64,000 nucleotides of DNA from Cyanobacteriota bacterium (GTDB lineage: Bacteria; Cyanobacteriota; Cyanobacteriia; Cyanobacteriales; Nostocaceae). The stretch lies in NCBI GenBank assembly GCA_046045965.1, contig JBJOKS010000002.1:167138-231137 (forward strand). Direction: 5' to 3'. The first letter of the stretch is position 1, and each line of letters opens with the position of its first letter. Shown here in pieces: positions 9,619 through 19,650 of this stretch. Below the pieces are notes generated by a model. That model saw only the letters and a list, made by a program, of their open reading frames with translations, was not told the origin of the DNA and made no database searches. The position numbers were made by a program, and so were the translations under genes.

Positions 9619-11427
9619 TCAGGTTTGGAGTTGGAGTTTTGGAGTTGCATCTGTGGTAGTTTCCTGTAGTTGAGATTTTGCTAGTTGAAAAGGAACGATG
9701 GAAAACATCCGGTCTTCGTTATACAAACGAATCATTTCTTGAACTACACCACCGTCGTCTATTCTTCTAGGTAATGCTTTAGCAGGGCGGCAGTTTAACA
9801 TTAATCTGTGTAAGCTAAGAGCCAACCATTCTCCATTAGCAAAGAATTCTCCCAGGTGATTACGGTTATAAATCCATGTATACACACAGGAAGCCGCAGC
9901 GTGTAGTACACAGTATTGTTTGGCCATATCAAACAACTCTGGATCTTGTTCATGTCCAAACTGGAAGGTTGACTCTGTAATTTCTACATCCAGATTGTTT
10001 AATTCTTCTCGTACTATATCCGTTAAAGTAATGATTTGGTAGAGAGTATCTGGATTCAGATTAGAGTCAGATTTTAGCTTCTCTAGAGATGTTAAAGCCA
10101 AGTCTAATCCCTGTAGGACATCATCTCCACCCCGGTTAACCAACTCCAGTTTTTTGCCATTAAAAGCAGGTAAATTCTGGGTGAGGTCAAAAGTTGTAGA
10201 AAGACGATTTTCTAAAGCTTCTAGATTCTTTCCAGCGTTTCTGGTGCGAGATTTTGTTAACTGCCGTAGTTGTAGTAAGAGGGCATGGAGATTCACAACG
10301 CTGCTGCCATCAAACATACTGATGATGGAGTTATCCCGCAGCACTTTCTGGAAAATACCCCAGTCGTGTGCTTCCCGCATATAAAAGCGCGAACCTAAAA
10401 CGACGGATACATTATTTACTACTGTTTCCAAGGTGGTGGTAACAAAATATTTCACCACTGCTGACCAAACACTGATTTGTTCTGGCATGGTACTAAAACC
10501 ACGACCTACACCAAAGGTAGAACAGTCGCAAATCAAAATATCCAAAAACGCATCTGTAAGCGTGCGTCGGGGTTGGGGCATATCAAAGACTGTCTTACCG
10601 TATAGTTTGCGTTCTATAGCAAATTTCAAGGTAGTCCGCAAAGCTGTATCAGCCGCACCTTGGGAAAAGGCAGCACATAAGGCTCTAGTTATTTGAAAGC
10701 CTTTTAAAGCTAGTTCTAAACCTGCACCTTCCGCACCTAACCGCATAGATTCGGGAATAAAGCAGTTATCAAACTTAATCCCACTCATATCTGATCCGCG
10801 AATCCCGTGAGTGAGAATTTTTGGCAAGTTACTAAAATGCTCAGGGTTAATTTTGCTCTTTTCCACCATGAACAAGGAAAGGCTTCTTGGTCCTCCTTCT
10901 GGGTCTGTTCTAGCTAATACAAAGGCAACTCCTGAACGGGTAGCGCGGTTAATTGGCCATTTTTCCCCAGTTAGCAAATAACCACCTTCTACTTTTGTGG
11001 CTTGCATATCACCGCCTAACAAATCGCTACCATGTGCTTTTTCGGAGTAAGCTAGACACATAGTACCGTTGTTATCCTTCATAAAGCTGGACAGGATTTG
11101 CTTTTGCTCGTCTGTTCCTGCCATCCAAACTAGGTATGACCAAAACATGGTAGTGAAAGCTATTCCCGCTGTTTGGTCACGCCGTGAAAGCACGCGCACA
11201 AAGGAGATAAACTCGTCAAAACTTGTGAACTCACCACCGCATTCTGTGGGAATGTAGTAATGTTGGAGTTTCCAGTTATATAACCAGTCGATGATTTCCT
11301 GGGGAAATTCTTCCTTTTCATCCAGGTCTATTACCTGTTTGAAGGACATCATACTCTCTGGATTACCAGGATCGCCTAAATCCTTTTCTAGTGCTTCGGC
11401 GACCCAAAATTGTTTGAGTGGCTGCAT
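9619..11427 (-). CDS. Acyl-CoA/acyl-ACP dehydrogenase family protein
   Basis: LAYSEKAHGSD, LTGEKWPIN, THGIRGSD, RKLYGK and MFDGSSVVN; ATG 11427 has an AAGGAG RBS. Confidence 0.92.
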   Translation of the reverse strand: MQPLKQFWVAEALEKDLGDPGNPESMMSFKQVIDLDEKEEFPQEIIDWLYNWKLQHYYIPTECGGEFTSFDEFISFVRVLSRRDQTAGIAFTTMFWSYLVWMAGTDEQKQILSSFMKDNNGTMCLAYSEKAHGSDLLGGDMQATKVEGGYLLTGEKWPINRATRSGVAFVLARTDPEGGPRSLSLFMVEKSKINPEHFSNLPKILTHGIRGSDMSGIKFDNCFIPESMRLGAEGAGLELALKGFQITRALCAAFSQGAADTALRTTLKFAIERKLYGKTVFDMPQPRRTLTDAFLDILICDCSTFGVGRGFSTMPEQISVWSAVVKYFVTTTLETVVNNVSVVLGSRFYMREAHDWGIFQKVLRDNSIISMFDGSSVVNLHALLLQLRQLTKSRTRNAGKNLEALENRLSTTFDLTQNLPAFNGKKLELVNRGGDDVLQGLDLALTSLEKLKSDSNLNPDTLYQIITLTDIVREELNNLDVEITESTFQFGHEQDPELFDMAKQYCVLHAAASCVYTWIYNRNHLGEFFANGEWLALSLHRLMLNCRPAKALPRRIDDGGVVQEMIRLYNEDRMFSIVPFQLAKSQLQETTTDATPKLQLQT

Positions 11428-11437
11428 AATTTTCTCC

Positions 11438-13276
11438 TTATTTGTTAACTTGCACTTGATTGAGCAAGGTATCAACTTCATGGGATAATTTGCGGTAGTG
11501 GTTGCTGTATTTAGGGTTTTCGCTCCAATCTGATAACACTTCCAATTCTCCTGATAGGAAACTGGCTTTACAAGCGCGACGTTGAATTTTCCCGCTGGAT
11601 GTTTTGAGGATATTACCTGGTTTAGCTAAAACTACGGCGTAAACTTGTAGTTCATGAATTTCAGCGATCGCCTGACGAATATTACTGATGACTTCATCAG
11701 ATGTAAACTCTTCAGGATTGCGTTTTACTTCCTGCACCACTATCAATCTTTCCACACCTTCTGACTCTATAGAGAAGGCTGCACCATAGTCAGGACGCAA
11801 ACAAGGATGAATTTGTTGTACCGTCCACTCGATATCTTGAGGATAGTGATTTGTACCTCTGATAATAATCAAATCTTTGATCCGTCCAGTGATGAACAAC
11901 TCACCACCACGCATAAAACCTAAGTCACCAGTTCTCAAAAATGGACCCTCTTTAGTATCCGCAGTATAGGCTCGGAAGGTACTCTCACTTTCTTCTGGAC
12001 GCTGCCAATATCCACCTGCTACACTCGGATCAGATACCCAAACTTCCCCCACTTCATCAGGATGACAAAGTTTCAGAGTATCAGGATCAACTATTGCCAC
12101 TTTAGTATCACATACCAGTTGTCCACAGCCAGGAATAGCCCGGACACCATCACCCCAACCATCAGCTTCGACAATTTTGTTTTTCTCTATTTCTGATGTT
12201 TTCACCAGACACAATACCGGTGATTTTCCTTTGGGACTGGTGGATACTAATAATGTATCTTCTGCTAAACCATAAGCTGGTGCAAAGGTTTCCCACTGAA
12301 AACCAGCAGGTGCAAATTTTCCATAAAATTCTTCTAATACTCTAGGATTAATTGGTTCTGCTGCATTTCCCGCTGCTTGCCAACTACTGAGATTCAAACT
12401 TGCCACTTGTTCATCGGTAACACGACTCACACACAGTTCATAGGCAAAGTTAGGCGCTTGAGAGTGAGTACCCCGATAACGCTCAATAGCTTGCAGCCAA
12501 CGCAGTGGACGTTTAATAAAGGCTAATGGAGAGATGACATAGCAGGGATGACCGTTGTATAGTGGTTCAGTCATGCCTTCCACCAATCCATAATCATGGA
12601 AATAGGGCATCCAAGTAATAGAAACACTATCAGCATCGTAACCACAGGCTTTTTGTAGATAACCGCAGTGGTGAATAATATTGTGATGGCTGATCATCAC
12701 TCCTTTGGGTGTGGAGGTAGAACCAGAGGTATATTGCAAGTACGCCAAACTCTCAGGAGTAACTTGGGGATCTTGCCAATTATCTGCTAGGCTTAAATCT
12801 ACTTTTTCAGTAGCAAACCAAGTCATTTCCCTAAATTCAGGAAAATCTGATTCTTCAGCTTGCAAAATCTCTAAAAAACTTTGATTAGTTAAGGCAAAGG
12901 TCGCATTAGCATCTTTGACTATTGCCCGTAAGCGAGGTAATGCTCGTTTCAACCTACCCGCATCAGGGGGTGGTACTGGTATGGCTATTACCCCAGCATA
13001 CAGACTACCCAAGAAAGCCGCTATGACTTCTAAACCCTGGGGGTAAAGTAACAATGCTCTTTGTCCTTTGCCATTGTGTTGCTGTAACAAAGCGCCAATA
13101 GCACGGGCTTGACGGTCAAGTTCTTGATATGTAAACTTTAAACCCTCTGTTTTCCCATCTATCAGGAACGTATAGGCGAGTTGATCAGGTTGCTGATCAG
13201 CACGCCAGCGTAGTAGTTCGACCAGGGTAGAGAAGTTGCTCATGGGCTGATTTTGGGTAGCTAGGCTTTGAGTCAT
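11438..13276 (-). CDS. Fatty acyl-AMP ligase (FAAL)
   Basis: YLQYTSGSTSTPKGV, WMPYFHDYGL, YGLAE, a FAAL-type insertion before GCG, LRTGDLG, GRIKDLIIIRGTNHYPQDIE and KTSSGKIQR. Confidence 0.93.
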   Translation of the reverse strand: MTQSLATQNQPMSNFSTLVELLRWRADQQPDQLAYTFLIDGKTEGLKFTYQELDRQARAIGALLQQHNGKGQRALLLYPQGLEVIAAFLGSLYAGVIAIPVPPPDAGRLKRALPRLRAIVKDANATFALTNQSFLEILQAEESDFPEFREMTWFATEKVDLSLADNWQDPQVTPESLAYLQYTSGSTSTPKGVMISHHNIIHHCGYLQKACGYDADSVSITWMPYFHDYGLVEGMTEPLYNGHPCYVISPLAFIKRPLRWLQAIERYRGTHSQAPNFAYELCVSRVTDEQVASLNLSSWQAAGNAAEPINPRVLEEFYGKFAPAGFQWETFAPAYGLAEDTLLVSTSPKGKSPVLCLVKTSEIEKNKIVEADGWGDGVRAIPGCGQLVCDTKVAIVDPDTLKLCHPDEVGEVWVSDPSVAGGYWQRPEESESTFRAYTADTKEGPFLRTGDLGFMRGGELFITGRIKDLIIIRGTNHYPQDIEWTVQQIHPCLRPDYGAAFSIESEGVERLIVVQEVKRNPEEFTSDEVISNIRQAIAEIHELQVYAVVLAKPGNILKTSSGKIQRRACKASFLSGELEVLSDWSENPKYSNHYRKLSHEVDTLLNQVQVNK

Positions 13277-13632
13277 CGGACGACTACGACAAGATTAGTG
13301 TATCTGAAATTAATATATAACACTGTATATTTCTGGGCTGTACGGAGTACAACTCTATGGCTATGTGCTTGACATTTTTTTTGTTTTATAGCAATTTATT
13401 GTGACATATAAAACCGATTTCTTGTACAGCTTCTTCGGTATTTTTACTAAATTTATAAATTTAATCTTGAATATCAAGTAGTTATTTCTGTGGTTATGTT
13501 TGGGTATAGCTATGATTTTTCAGGGGTTTTCACCTTTTTGAGATTTTGAATGTGAAAAGATATCATAAAGTTTTGATGAAAATTTCTGACTTGGTTAAAA
13601 ATTATTGCAGGTAATAGGTAATGGGTTATTCT

Positions 13633-13677
13633 TCCCAGTCCCCAGTCAAGGGTCAAGAGTCCCCAGTCAAGGGTCCC
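13633..13677 (+). repeat. Mixed heptamer repeat (CCCCAGT / CAAGGGT)
   Basis: cccagtccccagtcaagggtcaagagtccccagtcaagggtccc after the pcrA stop. Confidence 0.75.
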
Positions 13678-13680
13678 TAT

Positions 13681-16011
13681 TTATTCCATTCTTTGCAACT
13701 GCGCTACTCTGGGGTCAATTATTTTTTGACCCAAACTAGCAAATTTAATCGCTACAGAAATTTTATTCCCTTCTCCAAAAACGTGTGTAATTTCTCCAAT
13801 ACCAAAGGTTTTATGTAACACCTTTTCGCCTACTTGCCATTTTTGTGTTGTGCTTGTAATATCAGGTTTTGCAGATGTGGACTTGGTAAAAGTACGAGTA
13901 ACTTTATGTTTCGTGGTTAACAGTTCTTCTGGTAGTTCGTCGAGAAATTGCGATCGCATTGCTGGTTCTCTAGAACCATACAAACGTCTTTCTCTAGCAT
14001 GGGATATAAATAAACGTTCTTTGGCGCGAGTTATTCCTACATAACATAAACGACGTTCTTCTTCTAAGGATGCCGGATCTTGTAAGGAACGATAACCAGG
14101 AAATAGTCCCTGTTCTAACCCGACTAAAAAGACTACCGGAAATTCCAAGCCTTTAGAAGCGTGCAGAGTCATTAAGGAAACTGCTGTTTGTCCTTCTTTT
14201 AAATTATCTAAATCAGAACTTAACGCCGCACTTTGCAAGAATGCTTGTAAGGAAATATCATCTCCTTGGTTTTCATCCTCAAATTGAGTAATGGCGTTAT
14301 AAAGTTCTTTAACGTTACTGATTCGATTATCAGCTTCATCTGTTCCTTGTGCCATTAAGTCTTGAATATAGCCAGAATCTTCTAAAATTCCTTCTAAAAT
14401 CTCAGAACCGGGAACTTTTGTGGTTTTTTCTTGCCATTTTTCAATAATTTTAGCAAAACTATTGACAGACTTTGCTGCACGACCAGCTAAGGTATTGACT
14501 GAAGTTTCATCACTTAATATTTCCCATAGAGTTGTACCTAATTGTTGAGAAGCATTCATTAAAGCATCCACAGTCGATTTACCAATTCCTCGACGGGGAG
14601 TGTTAATAACTCTTAATAAACTGACAGTATCAGCGGGATTATTAATTGCTCTTAAATAAGCGACAGCATCTTTAATTTCTTTGCGGTCATAAAATTTCAT
14701 TCCTCCTACAACTGTATAAGGAATTTGATATTTTACGAGCAATTCTTCAAAGGGTCGAGATTGAGCGTTTGTACGATAAAGAATAGCAAAGTTACCCCAA
14801 TTTATGTCTGGGTTTTGATTTTCTAAAGTGCGAATTTGATTAATTACAAAATCGGCTTCTGCTATTTCATCATCGGCTTTATAACAGTATATTGCTTCCC
14901 CTGGATCTCTTGTTGCTCTGAGAATTTTATCAATGCGTTGGGTGTTATTTTCAATTAGTTCATTTGCAGCTTGAAGAATGTTTTCACAAGAGCGATAGTT
15001 TTCTTCTAATTTTACCATTGTTCTGGTATCATCATCTTCTAAACCATCACCAAAATTTTCTTGAAATTCTAGTAAGATGGTAAAATCTGCCATTCTAAAA
15101 CTATAAATTGATTGGTCTGCATCACCCACCACAAACACAGAGCGATTTTCCCAATTCCATTCACTTTTACGATTTTCACCATTGGTAACTAAAAGCTGAA
15201 TGAGATCATATTGAGTGCGGTTTGTGTCTTGATATTCATCTACTAAAATATGACAAAATTTCCGATGCCAATAACCTAAAACTTGCTCATTTTGCTGAAA
15301 TAATCGAGTAGGTATGAGAATTAAATCATCAAAATCTAAAGCGTTGTTTTGTGCTAATCTATCTTGATAAAGATTGTAAACATCAGCAATTACCCGACCG
15401 CGATAATTAGGTTGTTCCCGTTCAAATTCTTGGGGTGATAAACCTTGGTTTTTAGCATTGCTGATAGCGTAACGCACAGATTTATGTTCAAATTTTTTAC
15501 TATCTAAATTCAGTTCTTTTGTAACTATTTCTTTGATTAAACTTTGAACATCAGATTCATCGAAAATAGAAAAGTTTTTATTCCAACGTCGTCCTTTTTC
15601 ATCTTGATATTTTTCAATGTCATAGCGAAGAATGCGAGAAAATAAACTGTGGAAAGTTCCACACCACATATTTTTGATGATAGTGCGGTAAACCTTTGAT
15701 TTTAACTGAGTTTGTTCGTATTCTGGTAATAAATCCAACTTTTGACCGTGTTGAGTAATTGCTAATTGTTCAGCAAATAACCTTTGTATTCGGTCTTTCA
15801 TTTCCCGTGCAGCTTTATTAGTAAATGTCACCGCTAAAATATTTTCCGGGTTAACACGGTTTTGCAGAATTAAATTAGCAATACGGTAAGTCAGCGCACG
15901 GGTTTTACCGGAACCAGCACCAGCTACCACTAATAATGGTCCACAGTAGTGTTCGACTGCTTGACGTTGACTGGGGTTGAGATGGTTAAGGAAATCAATA
16001 TTTGTGGTCAT
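13681..16011 (-). CDS. pcrA: ATP-dependent DNA helicase PcrA/UvrD
   Basis: AGAGSGKT, VTFTNKAAREM, VDEYQDTN, VGDADQSIY, LYRTNAQSR, TLHASKGLEF, EERRLCYVGITRA and a Tudor-like C-terminus; ATG 16011 likely start. Confidence 0.95.
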   Translation of the reverse strand: MTTNIDFLNHLNPSQRQAVEHYCGPLLVVAGAGSGKTRALTYRIANLILQNRVNPENILAVTFTNKAAREMKDRIQRLFAEQLAITQHGQKLDLLPEYEQTQLKSKVYRTIIKNMWCGTFHSLFSRILRYDIEKYQDEKGRRWNKNFSIFDESDVQSLIKEIVTKELNLDSKKFEHKSVRYAISNAKNQGLSPQEFEREQPNYRGRVIADVYNLYQDRLAQNNALDFDDLILIPTRLFQQNEQVLGYWHRKFCHILVDEYQDTNRTQYDLIQLLVTNGENRKSEWNWENRSVFVVGDADQSIYSFRMADFTILLEFQENFGDGLEDDDTRTMVKLEENYRSCENILQAANELIENNTQRIDKILRATRDPGEAIYCYKADDEIAEADFVINQIRTLENQNPDINWGNFAILYRTNAQSRPFEELLVKYQIPYTVVGGMKFYDRKEIKDAVAYLRAINNPADTVSLLRVINTPRRGIGKSTVDALMNASQQLGTTLWEILSDETSVNTLAGRAAKSVNSFAKIIEKWQEKTTKVPGSEILEGILEDSGYIQDLMAQGTDEADNRISNVKELYNAITQFEDENQGDDISLQAFLQSAALSSDLDNLKEGQTAVSLMTLHASKGLEFPVVFLVGLEQGLFPGYRSLQDPASLEEERRLCYVGITRAKERLFISHARERRLYGSREPAMRSQFLDELPEELLTTKHKVTRTFTKSTSAKPDITSTTQKWQVGEKVLHKTFGIGEITHVFGEGNKISVAIKFASLGQKIIDPRVAQLQRME

Positions 16012-16134
16012 GGGTATGTGAAAGAGCGATCGCCTGGTATTACATCCACCAATTGTAACGATTGCTTGGGTGAGATGAACTGAACATAATTCAGTATTGA
16101 TATATTCAACCAAATTTTGCTCACCAGATACCTG

Positions 16135-17283
16135 TTATTTGTTGGATTTAAAATATATACCTTCTACAAATTTAACCATCTTGGGGTTATTGGACTGCCA
16201 CCTAATTCTATCAGTACGAATAGTAGCTTGATGGCTTTCAATAGTGTCTGGTGTTAACAACACCCCAAAATTCAAAGGCACAGTTTCCAGTTGGGACTGA
16301 AAAATTCTGTTTAAAATCAAATCTGCAACTCTATACTGGTAATGAGCGCCATCTACATAATTTTTCATTTCATTGGTGACATTTTCCGTATTCACACTCG
16401 TGTAACCAGTAAAATCCCATACTGGGGTAATTTTTACAACTTCACGCTGCCACTGTTCGTATTTTGGCCATAAGCCAGCTATATGTATACCCTCCATCTG
16501 TACAGCGTGTGTTGGTGAAAAAAATACTTTCACATCTATATTTTTTTGCTTGCAAATTTCAAGAATTTTTTGAAAATCATTAAGGCGAGCAGGGGAAAGT
16601 TGGTAGTTTTTATATCGATCTTCTTTCTGAAAATAACTTTTTAAAACTGCTTGGAATTGCAGTAACATTTGTTCAGATTTATTGTTATTTTCACCTTGAA
16701 TATTTGTGAAATCTATTGAGTTTGCATCTTCCGATTTTGATGGTAAATTGGCCGTTAGTGTAGTCCAACTTGATTGGAATGCACTGAAAGAAAAAATAGC
16801 ATTTAAAGCATCCTGCAAAACAAGATATTTTTTTTGTAACCTTTCTGCTACAAAATCTGGAGATGTTTGGACTCCAATACCAAATGAGAAAAAGTCCAAG
16901 CCAATTACGACTTTTTTTAAATCTGGTTGATTAAACAATGCGTGTTGAAAGTACAGCAATTGTTCTTGTGTTCCAGAACCAGGTAAAGCTAAGTTATATA
17001 CTGGTTGACTATTGGCAAAAACTGGATGATTAGTAGATAACCTTAATGCAGTAGATGAGCCTAATAAAATAGTTTTCGGTTTAATGCGAGTTACTTCAAT
17101 TGCTTTTATCAGTCTGGTGTTATTCTTACTAACAGGCTTTTCTTGATTGACACCTTTAATTTTACTAATACTAAATAGTTCATAGGGATCTATCAATAAA
17201 TTGAATAACCCAAAAGTCAATAGACTGGAAGAAACTAGGGAAAAAAAGACTAAATTAAAATGTTTATAGGTTTTGATATTCAT
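16135..17283 (-). CDS. Membrane-anchored SGNH-like protein paired with an MBOAT
   Basis: N-terminal TM followed by IDPY, ILLGSS, and YVDGAHY (DxxH). Confidence 0.62.
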   Translation of the reverse strand: MNIKTYKHFNLVFFSLVSSSLLTFGLFNLLIDPYELFSISKIKGVNQEKPVSKNNTRLIKAIEVTRIKPKTILLGSSTALRLSTNHPVFANSQPVYNLALPGSGTQEQLLYFQHALFNQPDLKKVVIGLDFFSFGIGVQTSPDFVAERLQKKYLVLQDALNAIFSFSAFQSSWTTLTANLPSKSEDANSIDFTNIQGENNNKSEQMLLQFQAVLKSYFQKEDRYKNYQLSPARLNDFQKILEICKQKNIDVKVFFSPTHAVQMEGIHIAGLWPKYEQWQREVVKITPVWDFTGYTSVNTENVTNEMKNYVDGAHYQYRVADLILNRIFQSQLETVPLNFGVLLTPDTIESHQATIRTDRIRWQSNNPKMVKFVEGIYFKSNK

Positions 17284-17289
17284 GCTGAT

Positions 17290-18744
17290 TTAGAACTGGA
17301 AGTAAAGAAATTCAGATATTTGATTAAGTGACAAAAAGCAATATATAGCAATAAATGATACGCCCAAAGTCCACCACAAATTAGGTTTAAATCTATCCAT
17401 AATCTCTTGAGTATTTGGCAATAGGACAACCCATATTATGAGTCCAAAAATAAAAATAAGTGTCTCTTTACCTGGTAAATAAGGATAACTACGCTGAAAT
17501 CTAACGCCAAAGGCCGTCAGCCATTGCCAGCTAGACTGGTATCCTTCTGTTAATACCAAACCCTTCATTCCTGCCATTGTCCGTAATAATTCTACAGCAT
17601 CAGTAATATTTTGAGCGCGAAATAGTACCCAGCCAATGATGACAGCGATAAATGTTATTAACCAAGCAAAGAACTTTGGCAGGGGCTTACCAAATTTACG
17701 CCAACCATGATTAATACAAAGATATAATCCATGTAGTCCACCCCAAGCTATGAAAGTCCAACCAGCACCATGCCATAAACCACCGATTAACATTGTAATG
17801 AAAAGATTGATATAACGTCTTACTTGCCCATGACGATTACCACCTAATGGAATATAAAGATAGTCCCGTAGAAAATTAGAAAGAGTAATATGCCAGCGTC
17901 GCCAAAAATCAATTATTGAAGTTGCTTTATAGGGTGAGTTAAAGTTAATAGGTAGTCGAAGATTAAACATGAAACCTAAGCCAACTACCATATCAGAATA
18001 ACCAGAAAAATCAAAGTATAATTGCAATGTATAACTTAATGCTCCAACCCAAACTTCTAGAAAACTTGCTGTACTAGCATGAGTAAAAACGGGGTTGACA
18101 AAACGAGCAACGTGATCAGCAATAACTAATTTTTTAAACAGCCCAAGTATAAACCATGTGATACCAATGGATATATTTTTATGAGAAAAGAATAAATTTC
18201 TCATTTTCTGAAACTGGGGAATTATGTCAATATGGTTAACAATTGGACCTGAAATTATATAGGGAAAAAATGTAACAAATAAACTATAATCAATAAAATT
18301 ATAATTTTTATTTCTACCACGGTAAACATCTACTAAATATGCAGTTTGAGTAAATGTGTAAAAAGAAATTCCCAAAGGAAAAATAATTGTGGGAATACTC
18401 CAATTTATACTAATTACCTGATCAATAATATTAATGAAAAAGTTAGCATACTTATAATATCCTAATATGACTAAGTTAAACCAAACTCCCAAAACCAGAA
18501 AAATTTTGGCTCTTTTACTACCTAATATTGACTTACTTATTAATTTGCTAAATTGATAATTAATTAAAATAGAGAGTAGTAATAAGGGAAGATAAACAAG
18601 ACTCCAAAAACTATAAAAAACTAAAGAAGCTATCAATAAAAAAAATCGAGATAACTTAGTTAAACGCCATGTATTTATAGCGAAAAACCCTAGTATTGTG
18701 ATTGGCAAAAAACAAAAAATAAATGGGTATGAATTAAATAACAT
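17290..18744 (-). CDS. MBOAT family O-acyltransferase (AlgI-like)
   Basis: MLFNS start, PLGISFYTF, QLYFDFSGYSDM, DFWRRWHITLS, YIPLGGNR, GLWHGAGW and C-terminal FLYFQF. Confidence 0.95.
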   Translation of the reverse strand: MLFNSYPFIFCFLPITILGFFAINTWRLTKLSRFFLLIASLVFYSFWSLVYLPLLLLSILINYQFSKLISKSILGSKRAKIFLVLGVWFNLVILGYYKYANFFINIIDQVISINWSIPTIIFPLGISFYTFTQTAYLVDVYRGRNKNYNFIDYSLFVTFFPYIISGPIVNHIDIIPQFQKMRNLFFSHKNISIGITWFILGLFKKLVIADHVARFVNPVFTHASTASFLEVWVGALSYTLQLYFDFSGYSDMVVGLGFMFNLRLPINFNSPYKATSIIDFWRRWHITLSNFLRDYLYIPLGGNRHGQVRRYINLFITMLIGGLWHGAGWTFIAWGGLHGLYLCINHGWRKFGKPLPKFFAWLITFIAVIIGWVLFRAQNITDAVELLRTMAGMKGLVLTEGYQSSWQWLTAFGVRFQRSYPYLPGKETLIFIFGLIIWVVLLPNTQEIMDRFKPNLWWTLGVSFIAIYCFLSLNQISEFLYFQF

Positions 18745-18973
18745 CGTTACTTTTTTAATATATTTTGCTGTAGTTAGTCATGGATTTGCAAATCCAATAT
18801 TTTGTTTTTAGTGAAAATTATTTGTTGTTGATTCGGATTTTTTTAAATCTAAAGTAGATTCTTTATTTTTATTAAAATCATCAAAAAATATATTATTCTG
18901 TTTTTTATATAAATGTTATTTTTTTTACAAAAATTTACATATTTTGTTTATTCCTGCACCGTCACTTTAATTT

Positions 18974-19636
18974 ATGTTGAATTGGAAAACTGGTTTTGCC
19001 TTACTGATGGCTGTATGTTTGATAGCCACTGGAATAGTAGGATATTTGCTAGGGGGAATTGATCCAAATCAAATTCAGTCCTGGTTAAAAGCAGCGGGAA
19101 TATGGGCTCCTGTTACTTATATATTAATCTATGTGGTAGCAACAATTTTGATTTTGCCTTCAACAGCATTAAATCTGACTGGGGGGGCAATTTTTGGAGT
19201 TTGGATGGGGACATTTTGGACAAGTATCGGAGCAATTATAGCGGCGATCGCTGCCTTTTTCTTTGCCCGCACCATAGGACGTGAAGTGGTTTCTGTGCGA
19301 CTAGCAGGACGTTGGCAAGCTATAGATGCCGAAGTGCAACAAGGTGCTATTTTTTATATGTTCGCCATTCGTTTGATGCCAATTTTGCCCTATGGGTTGG
19401 TAAATTTTGCAGCAGGGTTGACATCAATCAGTTTTAAAGATTACCTAATTGGCACTACATTGGGAACAGTACCAGGAATTTTACCATTTGTGATGTTGGG
19501 TAGTTCTGGTTTAAAGGCTATCCGTACCGGTGATGTTTTGCCATTAGTTACTGCTTTGGCATTAATTGGAATGCTCGTTGGTGGTTCTACTTGGTATCGT
19601 CGTCGTCGCTCTTTTCCATCTCGTAAAAAACCTTAA
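18974..19636 (+). CDS. TVP38/TMEM64 (DedA/VTT) membrane protein
   Basis: [23 protein letters not shown] and GTTLGTVPG. Confidence 0.9.
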   Translation: MLNWKTGFALLMAVCLIATGIVGYLLGGIDPNQIQSWLKAAGIWAPVTYILIYVVATILILPSTALNLTGGAIFGVWMGTFWTSIGAIIAAIAAFFFARTIGREVVSVRLAGRWQAIDAEVQQGAIFYMFAIRLMPILPYGLVNFAAGLTSISFKDYLIGTTLGTVPGILPFVMLGSSGLKAIRTGDVLPLVTALALIGMLVGGSTWYRRRRSFPSRKKP

Positions 19637-19650
19637 TATATAGCTCAAAT

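Noticed and set aside
9258..13276. NRPS/PKS lipopeptide starter cluster
   Set aside because: No KS, condensation or thioesterase gene nearby; the downstream genes are MBOAT and SGNH-like
13681..16011. Intein in PcrA (or in UvrA or the large helicase)
   Set aside because: No intein N- or C-terminal splice motifs or LAGLIDADG blocks seen; the large helicase insertion looks coiled-coil
16135..18744. Absence of HIP1 sites as proof of horizontal transfer (also 1138-3135)
   Set aside because: The core petH-prk-metK stretch also lacks HIP1 over several kb, so gaps of this size are not diagnostic
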